From Trichlorobacter lovleyi SZ (lineage in GTDB: Bacteria; Desulfobacterota; Desulfuromonadia; Geobacterales; Pseudopelobacteraceae), in NCBI RefSeq assembly GCF_000020385.1, contig NC_010814.1, forward strand, positions 2,100,001-2,132,000: a DNA stretch of 32,000 nucleotides, in the 5' to 3' direction. Below, piece after piece: positions 5,985 to 16,600 of this stretch. The number at the start of each line of letters is the position of its first letter. Position 1 is the first letter of the stretch. A program made the position numbers and the translations under genes. Below the pieces are notes generated by a model. That model saw nothing but the letters and a program-made list of their open reading frames with translations, searched no databases and had not been told where the DNA came from.

Positions 5985-8983
5985 CCTTTGATCCACCCCG
6001 TTGGACTCGTTTTCAAGTCGATAACACGGCTGTCTGGCTCTGCCCTGATCGTCCTACCTGGTTTGTCCCCACCGCACATGGTGACCGGTTGCTGCAGCAG
6101 ATGCCGACCGACACGGCCAGTCAGGATCTTGCAACCGCAACCTTCCTGCAAAGGCTGCCCGATCCGCCTGCAAACAGCTACCAGGGCCGCCAGACGCTGC
6201 TGGGTACTACGCCGAAGCTACGGGAACTCTGGCTGCATATCACGGATCGTTGCAACCTGTCCTGCAGCCACTGCCTGTTCAGTTCCGGCCCGGACCAGGG
6301 ACGTCAGCTCTCACTGCAACAACTGAAACAGCATATTGATGATGCAGCAGCCCAGGGATGCCGCCTGTTTGCCCTGACCGGTGGAGAACCGCTGGTGCAC
6401 CCTGATTTTGCCGAGCTGATCGGCCATATCCTGGCCATACCGGACAGCCGGATTGCCGTTCTGACCAATGGTCTGTCTGTGGCTGACAAACTGGCTGCTG
6501 ACTGGCCCAGGCAGCGGATTCACCTGCAGATCAGCCTTGACGGCAGACCTGAACACCACGACCTGCTGCGGGGGGCTGGCAGTTTCAAACAACTGGAACA
6601 GCAACTGACCTGGTTGCAACAGCAGCACTGGCACTTTACCCTTAGCTGTTGCGTCACCAAGGAAAATGCCCGCGACCTGACCTGGCTGGTTGACTATGCT
6701 GCGGATCAAGGGGCTGCTGCACTGCACCTGATGTGGCACTTTATCCGTGGCCGGGGCAGCGTTGCCCAGCATCTGCAGCCGCCGGAACTGCTACAACCGG
6801 TACTGGCTGCCCTGCTGCGGGCAGAACAACGGGGCATCACCATCGACAACATCGAAAACCTGAAAGCTCAGATCTTCTCAGCACCGGGTACGATCCACGA
6901 CGGCTCCAGTGCAGGCTGGGAGGCAGGGGCCATCGGCCCGGATAATCAACTCTACCCCTCTGCAGCCACCATCGGCCTTGCTGAGCTGGCAACCCCACTG
7001 GATCAGGGACTTGTGCAGGCCTGGCAGCAAAGCCCCATACTGGCTCGGATCAGGCAAACCAGTGTAGCCGGTCTTTCCGATCCCTGGCGTTTTCTGCTGG
7101 GTGGCGGTGACCTTGATCATTGTTACCATCACAATGGCAGCTTTGTCGGCACTGATCCCTACCAACCCCTGTTTGAACAGCTGTCTCTGCTGCTGATCAA
7201 ACAGGCGGCAAACCGATTGCCTGAAGCTGCACAACCCGGACTGCGCCTCAAGATGGGAGAGCTGCTGGTCAGCTGCGACAGTCACGGCCCGGTGGCGCTC
7301 TGTCACACCAATTGTCTCCTGACACTGGAACCTTTTGCCGACAGTCGCAGCCGGGTGGGCAGCTACTACGCCGAGGCTGTTGGAGACAAGCGGCTGGAGA
7401 TCCTGAATCCGGTTCATTACGATGAAAACATGATGCAGCACATTCCCGCTGCCTTCCGTTTCAGGGGGTATGGCTGCGGCAGCCCGGTGCTGGATGCCTG
7501 CCTCAGACCGGGTGAGCAGATGGTAGATCTGGGCTGCGGCAGCGGCGTGGAATGTTTTATTGCCGCCCGGCTGGTGGGAAAAGACGGCATGGTAACCGGC
7601 ATTGATATGCTGGAGCCGATGCTTGATCTGGCCCAAAAGGGCGCAATTGAAGTACAAGAGCACCTTGGCTATAACAACCTGCAGTTTTTAAAAGGTTTTC
7701 TCGAATCACTTCCTGTTGCCGACAACTCACAGGACCTGGTGGTTTCCAACTGCGTATTGAACCTGTCTACCGATAAACGCAGCACCTTCAGCGAGATCCT
7801 GCGCATCCTGAAGCCGGGGGGCAGACTGGTGGCAGCAGATGTGGTCTGCGAGACGGAACCTGATGCCGCTATCCTGAATGACGAAAACCTGCGGGGTGAA
7901 TGTATCAGCGGCGCCCTGACCCAGAAAGACCTGCTGGGTATCCTGGATGAAAGCGGTTTCACCGGTTTCAGTGTGATCAAGCGCCTGCCCTACCGGGTGG
8001 TAAACAACCACCCGTTCTTTTCACTGACCTTTTGCGTGCGGAAGCCGGAAAACAGTTCTGAAACCGTACTGATCCTCTACCCCGGCCCTGCAGCAGGCTT
8101 GCTGGCACCCTCAGGTGCCTGGCTGCAGCCAGGGCAGGTCAACCGGATATCCAGGCAGGATGCGGATTTACTGGGCACCCAGGTCTGGCATCTGGACAGC
8201 CACGGCTTTGTCACCAATGTGACCATTGAGGCTGGTGCCAACTGCTCAAGAGCGCCGGAAGGCCGCACCAGGACGGCTGCTCAACCCCCAAGCAGACATG
8301 ATAGCGGCTGCCTGGTCTGCGGCGCCCCCCTGGTCTACCATCCGTTTGAGCAACAGATCGCCTGTCATTTCTGCGGCAAGACGCTGTCAGCCAACGCCTG
8401 CTGTGAACAGGGGCACTTTGTCTGTGACAGCTGCCATACCGACGATGCCTTAAGCCTGATTGAACACCTCTGCACAACCAGCGGCGTATCTGACCCGATC
8501 CAACTCATGAAGGAGATCCGTCGGCATCCTTCCATTCCGCTCCACGGCCCCCAATATCATGCCCTGGTGCCAGGCGTTTTACTGGCCGGCCTGCGTGCTG
8601 CCGGACATCCGGTTACCACAGAACAACTTTTTGCCGCTATCCGGCGTGGTGGTGAGGTCGGTGGCGGCAGCTGTGGTTTCATGGGGATCTGCGGTGCAGC
8701 TACCGGTACAGGTATCGCATTTAGTGTGTTGTTGGAGGCGACACCTCTCAAGGCGGCCAGACGTCAGACCGTGCAACAGGTTGTGCAACAGGTGCTGGCC
8801 GAGATAGCGGGATATGAGGCAGCCCGCTGCTGTCAGCGTGATTGCTGGATCGCCCTGCGCACCGGAATGCGGCTTGCTGCAGAGCTGTTCAGCCTGAAGC
8901 TTCCTGCTGTTGAGCCTTTTTGCTGTACCCAGATGGCCCGAAATCATGAATGTCTGGGACTGGACTGCCCACTCTGGCCATAG
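5981..8983 (+). CDS. 1000-aa fusion protein: radical SAM domain + complete ArsM-type As(III) SAM-methyltransferase + zinc-ribbon + C_GCAxxG_C_C-like Cys-rich domain
   Basis: The ATGA start overlaps the TVP38 stop. Residues ~80-300 carry CNLSCSHC (CxxxCxxC) and LTGGEPL. Residues ~458-760 carry YYAEAV, YGCGSP, VDLGCGSG, SNCVLNLSTDK, LKPGGRL and GECISGAL, which are the three As(III)-binding Cys contexts of CmArsM, with the same 50-residue spacing between the last two. Residues ~775-1000 carry CLVC...CHFC...CC...CDSC, then GGGSCGFMGICGAATG and CCQRDC. Confidence 0.85.
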   Translation: MTFDPPRWTRFQVDNTAVWLCPDRPTWFVPTAHGDRLLQQMPTDTASQDLATATFLQRLPDPPANSYQGRQTLLGTTPKLRELWLHITDRCNLSCSHCLFSSGPDQGRQLSLQQLKQHIDDAAAQGCRLFALTGGEPLVHPDFAELIGHILAIPDSRIAVLTNGLSVADKLAADWPRQRIHLQISLDGRPEHHDLLRGAGSFKQLEQQLTWLQQQHWHFTLSCCVTKENARDLTWLVDYAADQGAAALHLMWHFIRGRGSVAQHLQPPELLQPVLAALLRAEQRGITIDNIENLKAQIFSAPGTIHDGSSAGWEAGAIGPDNQLYPSAATIGLAELATPLDQGLVQAWQQSPILARIRQTSVAGLSDPWRFLLGGGDLDHCYHHNGSFVGTDPYQPLFEQLSLLLIKQAANRLPEAAQPGLRLKMGELLVSCDSHGPVALCHTNCLLTLEPFADSRSRVGSYYAEAVGDKRLEILNPVHYDENMMQHIPAAFRFRGYGCGSPVLDACLRPGEQMVDLGCGSGVECFIAARLVGKDGMVTGIDMLEPMLDLAQKGAIEVQEHLGYNNLQFLKGFLESLPVADNSQDLVVSNCVLNLSTDKRSTFSEILRILKPGGRLVAADVVCETEPDAAILNDENLRGECISGALTQKDLLGILDESGFTGFSVIKRLPYRVVNNHPFFSLTFCVRKPENSSETVLILYPGPAAGLLAPSGAWLQPGQVNRISRQDADLLGTQVWHLDSHGFVTNVTIEAGANCSRAPEGRTRTAAQPPSRHDSGCLVCGAPLVYHPFEQQIACHFCGKTLSANACCEQGHFVCDSCHTDDALSLIEHLCTTSGVSDPIQLMKEIRRHPSIPLHGPQYHALVPGVLLAGLRAAGHPVTTEQLFAAIRRGGEVGGGSCGFMGICGAATGTGIAFSVLLEATPLKAARRQTVQQVVQQVLAEIAGYEAARCCQRDCWIALRTGMRLAAELFSLKLPAVEPFCCTQMARNHECLGLDCPLWP

Positions 8984-9004
8984 GCACGAAACAGCTATAG
9001 CTGC

Positions 9005-9032
9005 TTGACACAGATCCGGTCTGAGGTACTCT
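9005..9032 (+). promoter_or_regulatory. sigma-70-like promoter candidate for the signalling operon
   Basis: TTGACA (9005-9010), a 16-nt spacer, then TACTCT (9027-9032). It sits 31 nt upstream of the ATG at 9063, which follows GGGAG. A perfect 12-bp palindrome, CAGCTATAGCTG (8992-9003), abuts the -35 box. Confidence 0.4.
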
Positions 9033-9062
9033 TACAGTTGTAACAAACAGGGAGCAGACCTC

Positions 9063-10016
9063 ATGATCTCTGCTGCAACCTACAGTGCTGTGACGGATCT
9101 GCCAACCCGACGATTTTTCCTCGGGTTTGCTCTGTTGTCTGTTATTCTGCTGCTGACCGGCTGTAACCCTCAATCTGCTGAAAAACCGTTGCAGTACAGC
9201 AAAACACCATCGGCAGCATTACCACCGGTCTACCGCTTTGCAGTCCATCCCCTGCATAATCCGGCAAAACTTGCTGAGGCCTATCAACCGCTGATCGAGT
9301 TTTTAAATCTTCATATCCCGGAAGCACACTTTGAACTGGAGGCCTCACGGGATTATCAGGCTTTTGAAGAAAAATACCGCACCCGACGCCCCGAATTCCT
9401 GTTGCCCAATCCCTGGCAATCGATTGAAGCCATGAAGAACGGCTACCAGGTGATTGCCATGGCCGGTGACGCAGAAGACTTCAAAGGACTCTTTATTGTC
9501 CGTAAAAACAGTCCGATCAAAAAGCCGGCCGATCTCAAGGGGAAGACCGTCAGTTACCCTTCCCCGACTGCCCTGGCAGCCTGCATCATGCCGCAGTACT
9601 TCCTGCATCAACAAGGTATTAACATTAACCGTGATATTACCAACATCTACGTGGGATCCCAGGAATCATCCATCATGAGTACCTACCTGGACCAATCCGC
9701 AGCAGGTGTCACCTGGCCGGTCCCCTGGCGGCTGTTTCAGCAGGACCACCCCCACGAAGCTGCCCAGCTTAAAGTACTTTGGGAAACGCCCTGTCTGCTG
9801 AACAACTCGGTGATGATACGTGATGATGTACCGTCAGTGATCAGCCGGAAGGTCAGACAACTGCTGCTTGATCTGCCACAAACAGCAGAAGGACGAGCTG
9901 TCTTGAGCAGTATGTCCACTACTCGTTTTCATGTCGCTGACAATGGAAGCTATCAAAAGGTACGTGACTATGTGACAGCCTTTGAAAAAGAGGTACGTCC
10001 GGTGGATACAAAGTGA
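9063..10016 (+). CDS. PhnD-like phosphate/phosphite/phosphonate-type periplasmic substrate-binding protein
   Basis: An N-terminal hydrophobic segment with LLLTGC (lipobox-like). It looks like a type-2 periplasmic binding protein of about 300 aa (YRFAVHP, GKTVSYPSPTALA). Its stop overlaps the downstream kinase start (GTGA). Confidence 0.75.
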   Translation: MISAATYSAVTDLPTRRFFLGFALLSVILLLTGCNPQSAEKPLQYSKTPSAALPPVYRFAVHPLHNPAKLAEAYQPLIEFLNLHIPEAHFELEASRDYQAFEEKYRTRRPEFLLPNPWQSIEAMKNGYQVIAMAGDAEDFKGLFIVRKNSPIKKPADLKGKTVSYPSPTALAACIMPQYFLHQQGININRDITNIYVGSQESSIMSTYLDQSAAGVTWPVPWRLFQQDHPHEAAQLKVLWETPCLLNNSVMIRDDVPSVISRKVRQLLLDLPQTAEGRAVLSSMSTTRFHVADNGSYQKVRDYVTAFEKEVRPVDTK

Positions 10017-12316
10017 TCTTCAACAGACTGACCTGGTTTCTGGCGGGTACGCTGCAACGGCGCATGGTTGCCGGCATGACACTGGTTATGGCAATCACCA
10101 TGTCCCTGTTTGTGCTGGACATGACCCGTCGCCAGGAAGCCGTTGCCCTGCAGCAGCATGTCCTGCAGGCACGTGCCTTAACCCAGAGTGTCTCAGCATC
10201 CTCGGCCGTCTGGGTTGCCTCACGGGATTACAGTGGGCTGCAGGAAATCATCGCAGCCCTTGAACACTATCCAAATCTGGCCCACGCCATTGTTCTTGAT
10301 TCCCGTGGTCAGGTTCTGGCGCACAGTGATCGCAAGCGGATCGGTCTCTATCTGACCGGTTTGCCCGATCAGCCATTATTGCAGGTTCTACAAAAGACTA
10401 TCCGCATGGTGGATGTTGCGAGTCCGATCCTGCTTGGCGGGAAACCGATCGGTTGGGTACGGATAGGCCTTAACGGTAAAGGGCTTGAGGCTGACATTGC
10501 CGAGATTCACCGCAACGGACTCATTTTTGCGCTGGCAGCAGTCATGCTGGGAGCCCTGCTCGCCGTGCTTACCGGTCGTTATCTGACCCGTCGGCTTGAT
10601 CTGATTCAAGAGGTGGTTGACCAGGTTGAGACAGGCAACGCAGATGTGCGTGTACAGCTTGCTGGAAACGATGAGGCTAAACGTCTCGGTCTTGCCGTGA
10701 ATGCGATGCTCGACGCACTATCCCAACGTGCTGAATCTCTGCAGCAGAGTGAACAGCGCTTCCGATCGATGATAGAAAACGCCGGCGACGCTATTTACAT
10801 CCACGATCACAACGGAAAGATACTGAGTGCCAACCAGGTCTGCTGTTGTCAAACCGGCTATACTCTTGATGAACTGTTGATGTCTCCTGTGTCATTGGTA
10901 GACAGACAGATTGACGTGCAGACTTTAGAAGAAATCTGTCGCCTGGCTACGGCAGCCCCTGCCAGATTCCCCATGACACTGAAAACTGTTCACACTCGCA
11001 AGGATGGCAGCAGTTTTCCGGTCGAGGTGCGCCTCAGTCTGCTCCCGGCAGGTGATGATGTGCATTTCGTTGCCATGGTGCGCGATATCACCGAGCGCAA
11101 GCGTGCTGAGGACGAGTTGCTGCGTGCCAAGGCTGCCGCCGAAACGGCCAATACCACCAAGAGCGAATTTCTGGCCAATATGAGCCACGAAATCCGTACC
11201 CCGATGAACGGGGTGATCGGTAATGCCCAGCTGCTCCGTTTTACCGATCTGACCGAAGAACAGTCCCGCTACCTCGAATATATCGAAGCTGATGCCAAGC
11301 ATCTGGTTTCGGTTATCAATGACCTGCTTGATATCTCCAAGATTGAGGCAGGCAAGATGGAGCTTGAGCAGACCTCATTCAGTCTGCGCGGCTGCATCAA
11401 TGACCTGTTGAAACCAATGACTCCGAGGATTGCAACCAAGGGGCTGATCTTCAATACCGAGATTGCCAACACGGTCCCGGATGCCTTGACCGGAGATCAG
11501 CTCAGACTGAAACAGATCCTTCGTAATCTGGTAGGCAATGCCATCAAGTTTACCGATCAGGGATCTATCACATTGCGGGTCGAACTGCTTGAACACTCAG
11601 AAAACAAGGCATTATTTTATTTCAGTGTGATTGACACCGGCATCGGCATCCCTCAAGAAGCACTTGAAAGGTTGTTTACCCCCTTTACCCAGGCTGACAG
11701 TTCAGTAACACGAAAGTTCGGAGGAACCGGCCTGGGGCTGTCAATCTGCAACCGGCTGGCCGGGTTGATGGGAGGCAACATTTCCGTTGAAAGCAGCGAA
11801 GGTGCAGGAAGTTGTTTCCATGTCACCCTGCCGTTTCAGACCAGGCAAGCCGGGACATTACCGCAGGAGGAGCCGCTTCAAGCCAACACCTCACCGGGAT
11901 GGCAGGGGACACCGCTCACCATCCTGCTGGTGGACGACAGTCAGACCAGCCAGATCATGGCAGCGAACCTGCTGCGCCATTTCGACCACAGGGTAGAGAC
12001 CGCTGAAAATGGAGCAGATGCTTTGGAACAGTGGCGCAAAGACTCATTTGACATTATTCTGATGGATATCCAGATGCCGGTGATGGACGGTCTTGAGGCC
12101 ATGCGCATCATCCGCGAAGAAGAGCGCACAACCAACCGCCATACCGCCATCATTGCCCTGACCGCCCATGCCCTGGTTGAACAGCGCAATCATCTACTCT
12201 CCTCCGGCTTTGATGGTTATGTCTCAAAGCCGTTGGATATTGCTGTGTTGCATACTGAAATGAAGCGGGTACTGAACCCGAAAACAGATACTCCAGAATA
12301 CTGTCGATTGGATTAA
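10013..12316 (+). CDS. hybrid sensor histidine kinase (2 TM periplasmic sensor-HAMP-PAS-HisKA-HATPase-REC)
   Basis: H-box [15 protein letters not shown]. ATPase motifs LVGNAIKFT, DTGIGI and GGTGLGLSI. Receiver motifs ILLVDD, ILMDIQMPVMDG and YVSKP. Confidence 0.9.
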   Translation: MIFNRLTWFLAGTLQRRMVAGMTLVMAITMSLFVLDMTRRQEAVALQQHVLQARALTQSVSASSAVWVASRDYSGLQEIIAALEHYPNLAHAIVLDSRGQVLAHSDRKRIGLYLTGLPDQPLLQVLQKTIRMVDVASPILLGGKPIGWVRIGLNGKGLEADIAEIHRNGLIFALAAVMLGALLAVLTGRYLTRRLDLIQEVVDQVETGNADVRVQLAGNDEAKRLGLAVNAMLDALSQRAESLQQSEQRFRSMIENAGDAIYIHDHNGKILSANQVCCCQTGYTLDELLMSPVSLVDRQIDVQTLEEICRLATAAPARFPMTLKTVHTRKDGSSFPVEVRLSLLPAGDDVHFVAMVRDITERKRAEDELLRAKAAAETANTTKSEFLANMSHEIRTPMNGVIGNAQLLRFTDLTEEQSRYLEYIEADAKHLVSVINDLLDISKIEAGKMELEQTSFSLRGCINDLLKPMTPRIATKGLIFNTEIANTVPDALTGDQLRLKQILRNLVGNAIKFTDQGSITLRVELLEHSENKALFYFSVIDTGIGIPQEALERLFTPFTQADSSVTRKFGGTGLGLSICNRLAGLMGGNISVESSEGAGSCFHVTLPFQTRQAGTLPQEEPLQANTSPGWQGTPLTILLVDDSQTSQIMAANLLRHFDHRVETAENGADALEQWRKDSFDIILMDIQMPVMDGLEAMRIIREEERTTNRHTAIIALTAHALVEQRNHLLSSGFDGYVSKPLDIAVLHTEMKRVLNPKTDTPEYCRLD

Positions 12317-12319
12317 AAC

Positions 12320-13627
12320 ATGAGTCTGCAACAGACAGATCTGCCCCTGATACTGCTGGTTGATGATGTCCCCTCTAACCTGCACCTGCTGGTGGCGGCG
12401 TTAAAGGATGATTACCGGATCAAAACTGCTGTCAGTGGCCAGGCCGCTCTGGAGCTGGCAGCCCGTGAAGACCGTCCTGAGCTGATACTGCTGGATATAA
12501 TGATGCCGGAAATGAACGGGATTGAGGTGCTGCGCAGGTTGCGCGACACCCCTGACACTGCCGGAATTCCGGTTATCTTTGTTACAGCCGACAACTCTGA
12601 GCAAAGCCAATTAAGTGGCTTGGAGCTGGGCGCGGATGATTACCTCACCAAACCGGTGGTTACTGCTGTGCTGAAGGTGCGTGTCCGTAACCTTCTGCAG
12701 CGTAAGCGTATAGAACGGGAACTTCGCCTTGCCAGTCACGTCTTCAACTACAGTGGTGAAGCGATCATGATCACCGACCGCTCAAACCGGATCATTGAGG
12801 TTAACGCTGCCTTTACCCGGCAGACCGGGTACCTGTTGGAGGAGGTACAGGGGCAGGACCCTAAGATACTTTCTTCCGGCCGCACCAGTCCGGAAGAGTA
12901 CCGCTCAATGTGGCAGAGTCTTCATGATGAGGGGTTTTGGCAGGGAGAGCTGTGGGACCGCAGGAAAGACGGGGGCGTGTATCCTAAACTACTGACTATC
13001 TCAGTTGTCCGAAACTCCAAGGGGCAGATTGATTTCCATATCGGCAGTTTTACCGATATCTCCCGCCAGAAGACCGTAGAGGCGGAAATCCGTCATGTTG
13101 CCAATCATGACTACCTGACCGGTCTGCCCAACAGGATGTACGTTCAAGTGGTGCTGGAACAGACCATGACCCTGGCACGGCGTGAGCATACCGAAATTGC
13201 CGTGATGTTTATTGATCTTGATCGTTTCAAAAACATCAACGACACCTTTGGACATGCTGTGGGGGATGGGCTTTTGATACAGGTTGCGGCACGGCTCAAA
13301 CAAAGCGTACGGGAAAGCGATCTGGTGGCCAGGCTTGGCGGAGATGAATTCGTGGTGGTGATGACCAGTCACCTGACGGTTAATGGCGAAATTACCGTGG
13401 CGCAAAAAATCCTGGAAAACCTGTCACTCCCGTATCAGGTCGGTGAACTGACCTTGCACAGCCCCCCCAGTATCGGCATCAGCCGTTACCCTTTTGATGC
13501 ACTGTCCGTCGAGGAGCTTATGAAGCATGCTGATATGGCCATGTATCAGGTCAAACAGTCCGGCAGAGGGCAGTACCGTTTTTTTGAGCCGGCACACGCG
13601 GCCGGCACCCCGGAACAGCCCGCATGA
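12320..13627 (+). CDS. response regulator REC-PAS-GGDEF diguanylate cyclase
   Basis: Receiver motifs ILLVDD, LLDIMMPEMNG and DYLTKP. PAS region FNYSGEAIMITD. Active-site motif RLGGDEFVV, with an RxxD I-site (RESD) five residues upstream. Confidence 0.9.
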   Translation: MSLQQTDLPLILLVDDVPSNLHLLVAALKDDYRIKTAVSGQAALELAAREDRPELILLDIMMPEMNGIEVLRRLRDTPDTAGIPVIFVTADNSEQSQLSGLELGADDYLTKPVVTAVLKVRVRNLLQRKRIERELRLASHVFNYSGEAIMITDRSNRIIEVNAAFTRQTGYLLEEVQGQDPKILSSGRTSPEEYRSMWQSLHDEGFWQGELWDRRKDGGVYPKLLTISVVRNSKGQIDFHIGSFTDISRQKTVEAEIRHVANHDYLTGLPNRMYVQVVLEQTMTLARREHTEIAVMFIDLDRFKNINDTFGHAVGDGLLIQVAARLKQSVRESDLVARLGGDEFVVVMTSHLTVNGEITVAQKILENLSLPYQVGELTLHSPPSIGISRYPFDALSVEELMKHADMAMYQVKQSGRGQYRFFEPAHAAGTPEQPA

Positions 13628-16600
13628 CCAGTACCTCTTTTACCAAAAGTCCGCCTCGCCACTGGGCCATCTTCAGCCTTACCGTACTGATGCTGGGCCT
13701 GTTGCTGTTTTTGTATCTTTTCCGGGAGCACGAACGGGCAGGGATGCGTGAGCAAGAGCAACTTCTGCGAAAAGCTGAGATCATCAGTAAAAATACGGCT
13801 TGGAACCTGGAGTCGCTGAACAAGCTTTTGCTCAGTCTGCAAAAAGATCCTGCCCTGCTGGCAAATGACCCCGGTTATAATCAACGTTTTGAAGACCTGG
13901 CAAATGCCATGCCCGGTATTCGCACCATAGTGCGGCTGGATGCCCTGGGCATCACCCGCCTCTCCAGCAGGGCTGAACTGCTGGGTAAAGGCTTCAGTGA
14001 CCGTGATTACTTCCTGATTCCGCAGCAACAGGCCGGTAAGGAGTTGCTATATGTCTCACCCCCTTTCAGGACAGCCCTGAACACCTATGTGATCAACCTG
14101 AGCAGGTCACTACGCAATCCTGACGGCAGCTTTGCCGGCGTCATTGCAGCCTCCCTTGATCCTGATTACTTCAGCAGCCTGCTTTTATCCGTCTTGTACG
14201 CACCGGACATGCGTTCTGCACTGGCGCACTGGGATGGCCTGCTCTTTCTCATGGAACCCGGCCACAAAGAATTTATCGGAAAAAACCTGGCCGTCCCGGG
14301 CAGTTTCTTCAGCAGGCACCGTGCGAGCGGCAAGCAACAAACGGTGCACACCGGCACTGTCTACGCCACCGGCAGAAACCAGATGATGGCACAGATCACC
14401 ATCCAGCCCGAATCGCTGAAGATGAACAAGCCGTTGGTGGTGGCGGTTTCCCGTGATCTTGACGTTGTGTATGCCGACTGGCGGAGCGAAGCAATTCTAC
14501 TGGGATCGCTGTTTCTGCTGTCTGCAACCGTAGCCGGTTTTACCCTGCATTTTTTCCACAAACGGCATGAGGAGTTTACCCGGCAGAAAGCGGCGTCGGA
14601 TGAAAGTATCCGTAAACTGAATGAGGAGCTGGATCGGTTCTTCAGCATGGCCCTGGATATGCTCTGCATAGCAGATCTGGATGGCCACTTCAAGCGGTTG
14701 AACCGTTCCTGGGAAGAAACACTCGGCTATGCCCTTGACGAGCTGACCGGGAAACAGTTTCTTGAGTTTATCCATCCCGATGACATTCCGGCTACCCTGG
14801 CAGCCCTGTCCGATCTGGATGCAAACAAACAGATTCTCAATTTTATCAATCGCTACCGTTGCAAGGATGGCTCCTACCGCTGGATCGAATGGCGTTCAAC
14901 CCCCTGTGCCAACCTGATTTATGCTGCTGCACGGGACATTACTGAACGTAAGAACGCCGAAGCCGCACTTGAGGAGAGTGAACGGTTCATGCGGGTGTTG
15001 ACCGACATCATTCCCGGCATGGTGGGCTACTGGGACAGAGATTTACATAACCGCTTTGCCAATATTGCCTACCTGGAGTGGTTTGGAAAAACATCTGAGC
15101 AGATGCGCGGCATCCATATTCGAGACCTGATGGGTGACGAGCTGTTCGCTAAAAATGAACCATACATGCGGGCAGCGCTGAACGGAGAACGGCAACGCTT
15201 TGAACGCACCCTCACCAAGGCTGACGGCAGCATTGGTTATACCTGGGCCCACTATATACCGGATATCGCCAATGGACAGGTCAGGGGCTTCTTTGTCCTG
15301 GTATCTGATATTACGGAACTGAAACTGACCCAGCTGCAACTGGAGCAACGTACAAAAGAGGCCGAAGCTGCCAATCGGGCAAAATCAGAATTCCTCGCCA
15401 ATATGAGCCACGAGATCCGCACCCCGATGAACGCCATTCTTGGGTTGACCAGACTGGTGCTTGAGACCGAGCTTGATCCGCGCCAGAGGGATTTTCTGCT
15501 CAAGGTCTACAATGCATCGCAAGCTCTGATGGAAATCCTGAATGATATTCTTGACTATTCAAAAATCGAAGCCGGCCGGGTTGAAATAGAACAGTTACCG
15601 ATCTCTGTGGAAGAGGTTGTCAGGAATACCATGGGGTTGTTCAGGGCTAAAATTGAAGAAAAAGGGCTTGCCACCATCATGGAACTCGCCTCTTCCCTCC
15701 CTGCTGTGCTTCAGGGCGACCCGATGCGCCTGTCACAAGTGCTCAACAACCTGGTGGGAAATGCCGTCAAGTTTACCGAAAGCGGAGAGATCCGCATCAT
15801 GGTTGAACAGATACAAGAAGACTGTAGAACGGTTACGCTCTGTTTTTCCGTGCAGGATACCGGCATCGGCCTCGACAAAGATGAAACAGCCCGGTTGTTC
15901 CAGGCCTTTACCCAGGCTGACAGCACCATCAGCCGCAAATACGGTGGCACCGGATTGGGGTTGACCATCTGCCAAAGACTGGTTGGACTGATGGGAGGTT
16001 CCATCAGCGTCTCAAGCCTAAAAGGAGTTGGCAGCACCTTCAGTTTTGTCATTCAGATGGGTAAAGTTCCCCCGGGTACCCAGGCAAAGAAACTGCATGC
16101 CTTTGCTGACGGTGCAATGGGTACACCAGATTCTTTGGCAGTTTTATCAGCGCACCAGAAGAAGCTTGAACTGAACAGGCTGCGTGTCCTGCTGGTGGAA
16201 GACAACCGGATCAATCAGGAGGTGGCTGCCGAGATACTACAGCAATACGGCGCACAGGTTACCCTTGCCGACCATGGTGCTGCTGCGCTTGAGCTGCTTA
16301 CCGGCCCCGGCTTTGACGTTGTTCTGATGGACCTGCATATGCCGGTAATGGACGGATTTGAAGCCACCCGCAAAATCAGGGAGCTGTACGATAGTGCAAC
16401 CCTGCCGGTGATTGCCATGACCGCTGCAGTCTTGCAGGATGACCGTGAGCGCTGTACTGCAGCAGGCATGGTGGATTTTGTAGCCAAACCGATCAACCCG
16501 CTGGAACTGGTGACTGTGCTGAAACGTTTTCAAAAAACAAGTTCACCATCATCAGTACCTCATGAGGCTGCGATCTCCCCCTTTGAGCCGAGTGATCCCG

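Noticed and set aside
6880-7350. A SPASM/twitch auxiliary Fe-S domain after the radical SAM core of the fusion protein.
   Set aside because: The segment between the radical SAM core and the ArsM part contains only scattered cysteines (DHCYHH, SCDSHGPVALCHTNC). It lacks the seven-cysteine CxxCxxxxxCxxxC-type pattern, so I cannot support a SPASM call from sequence alone.
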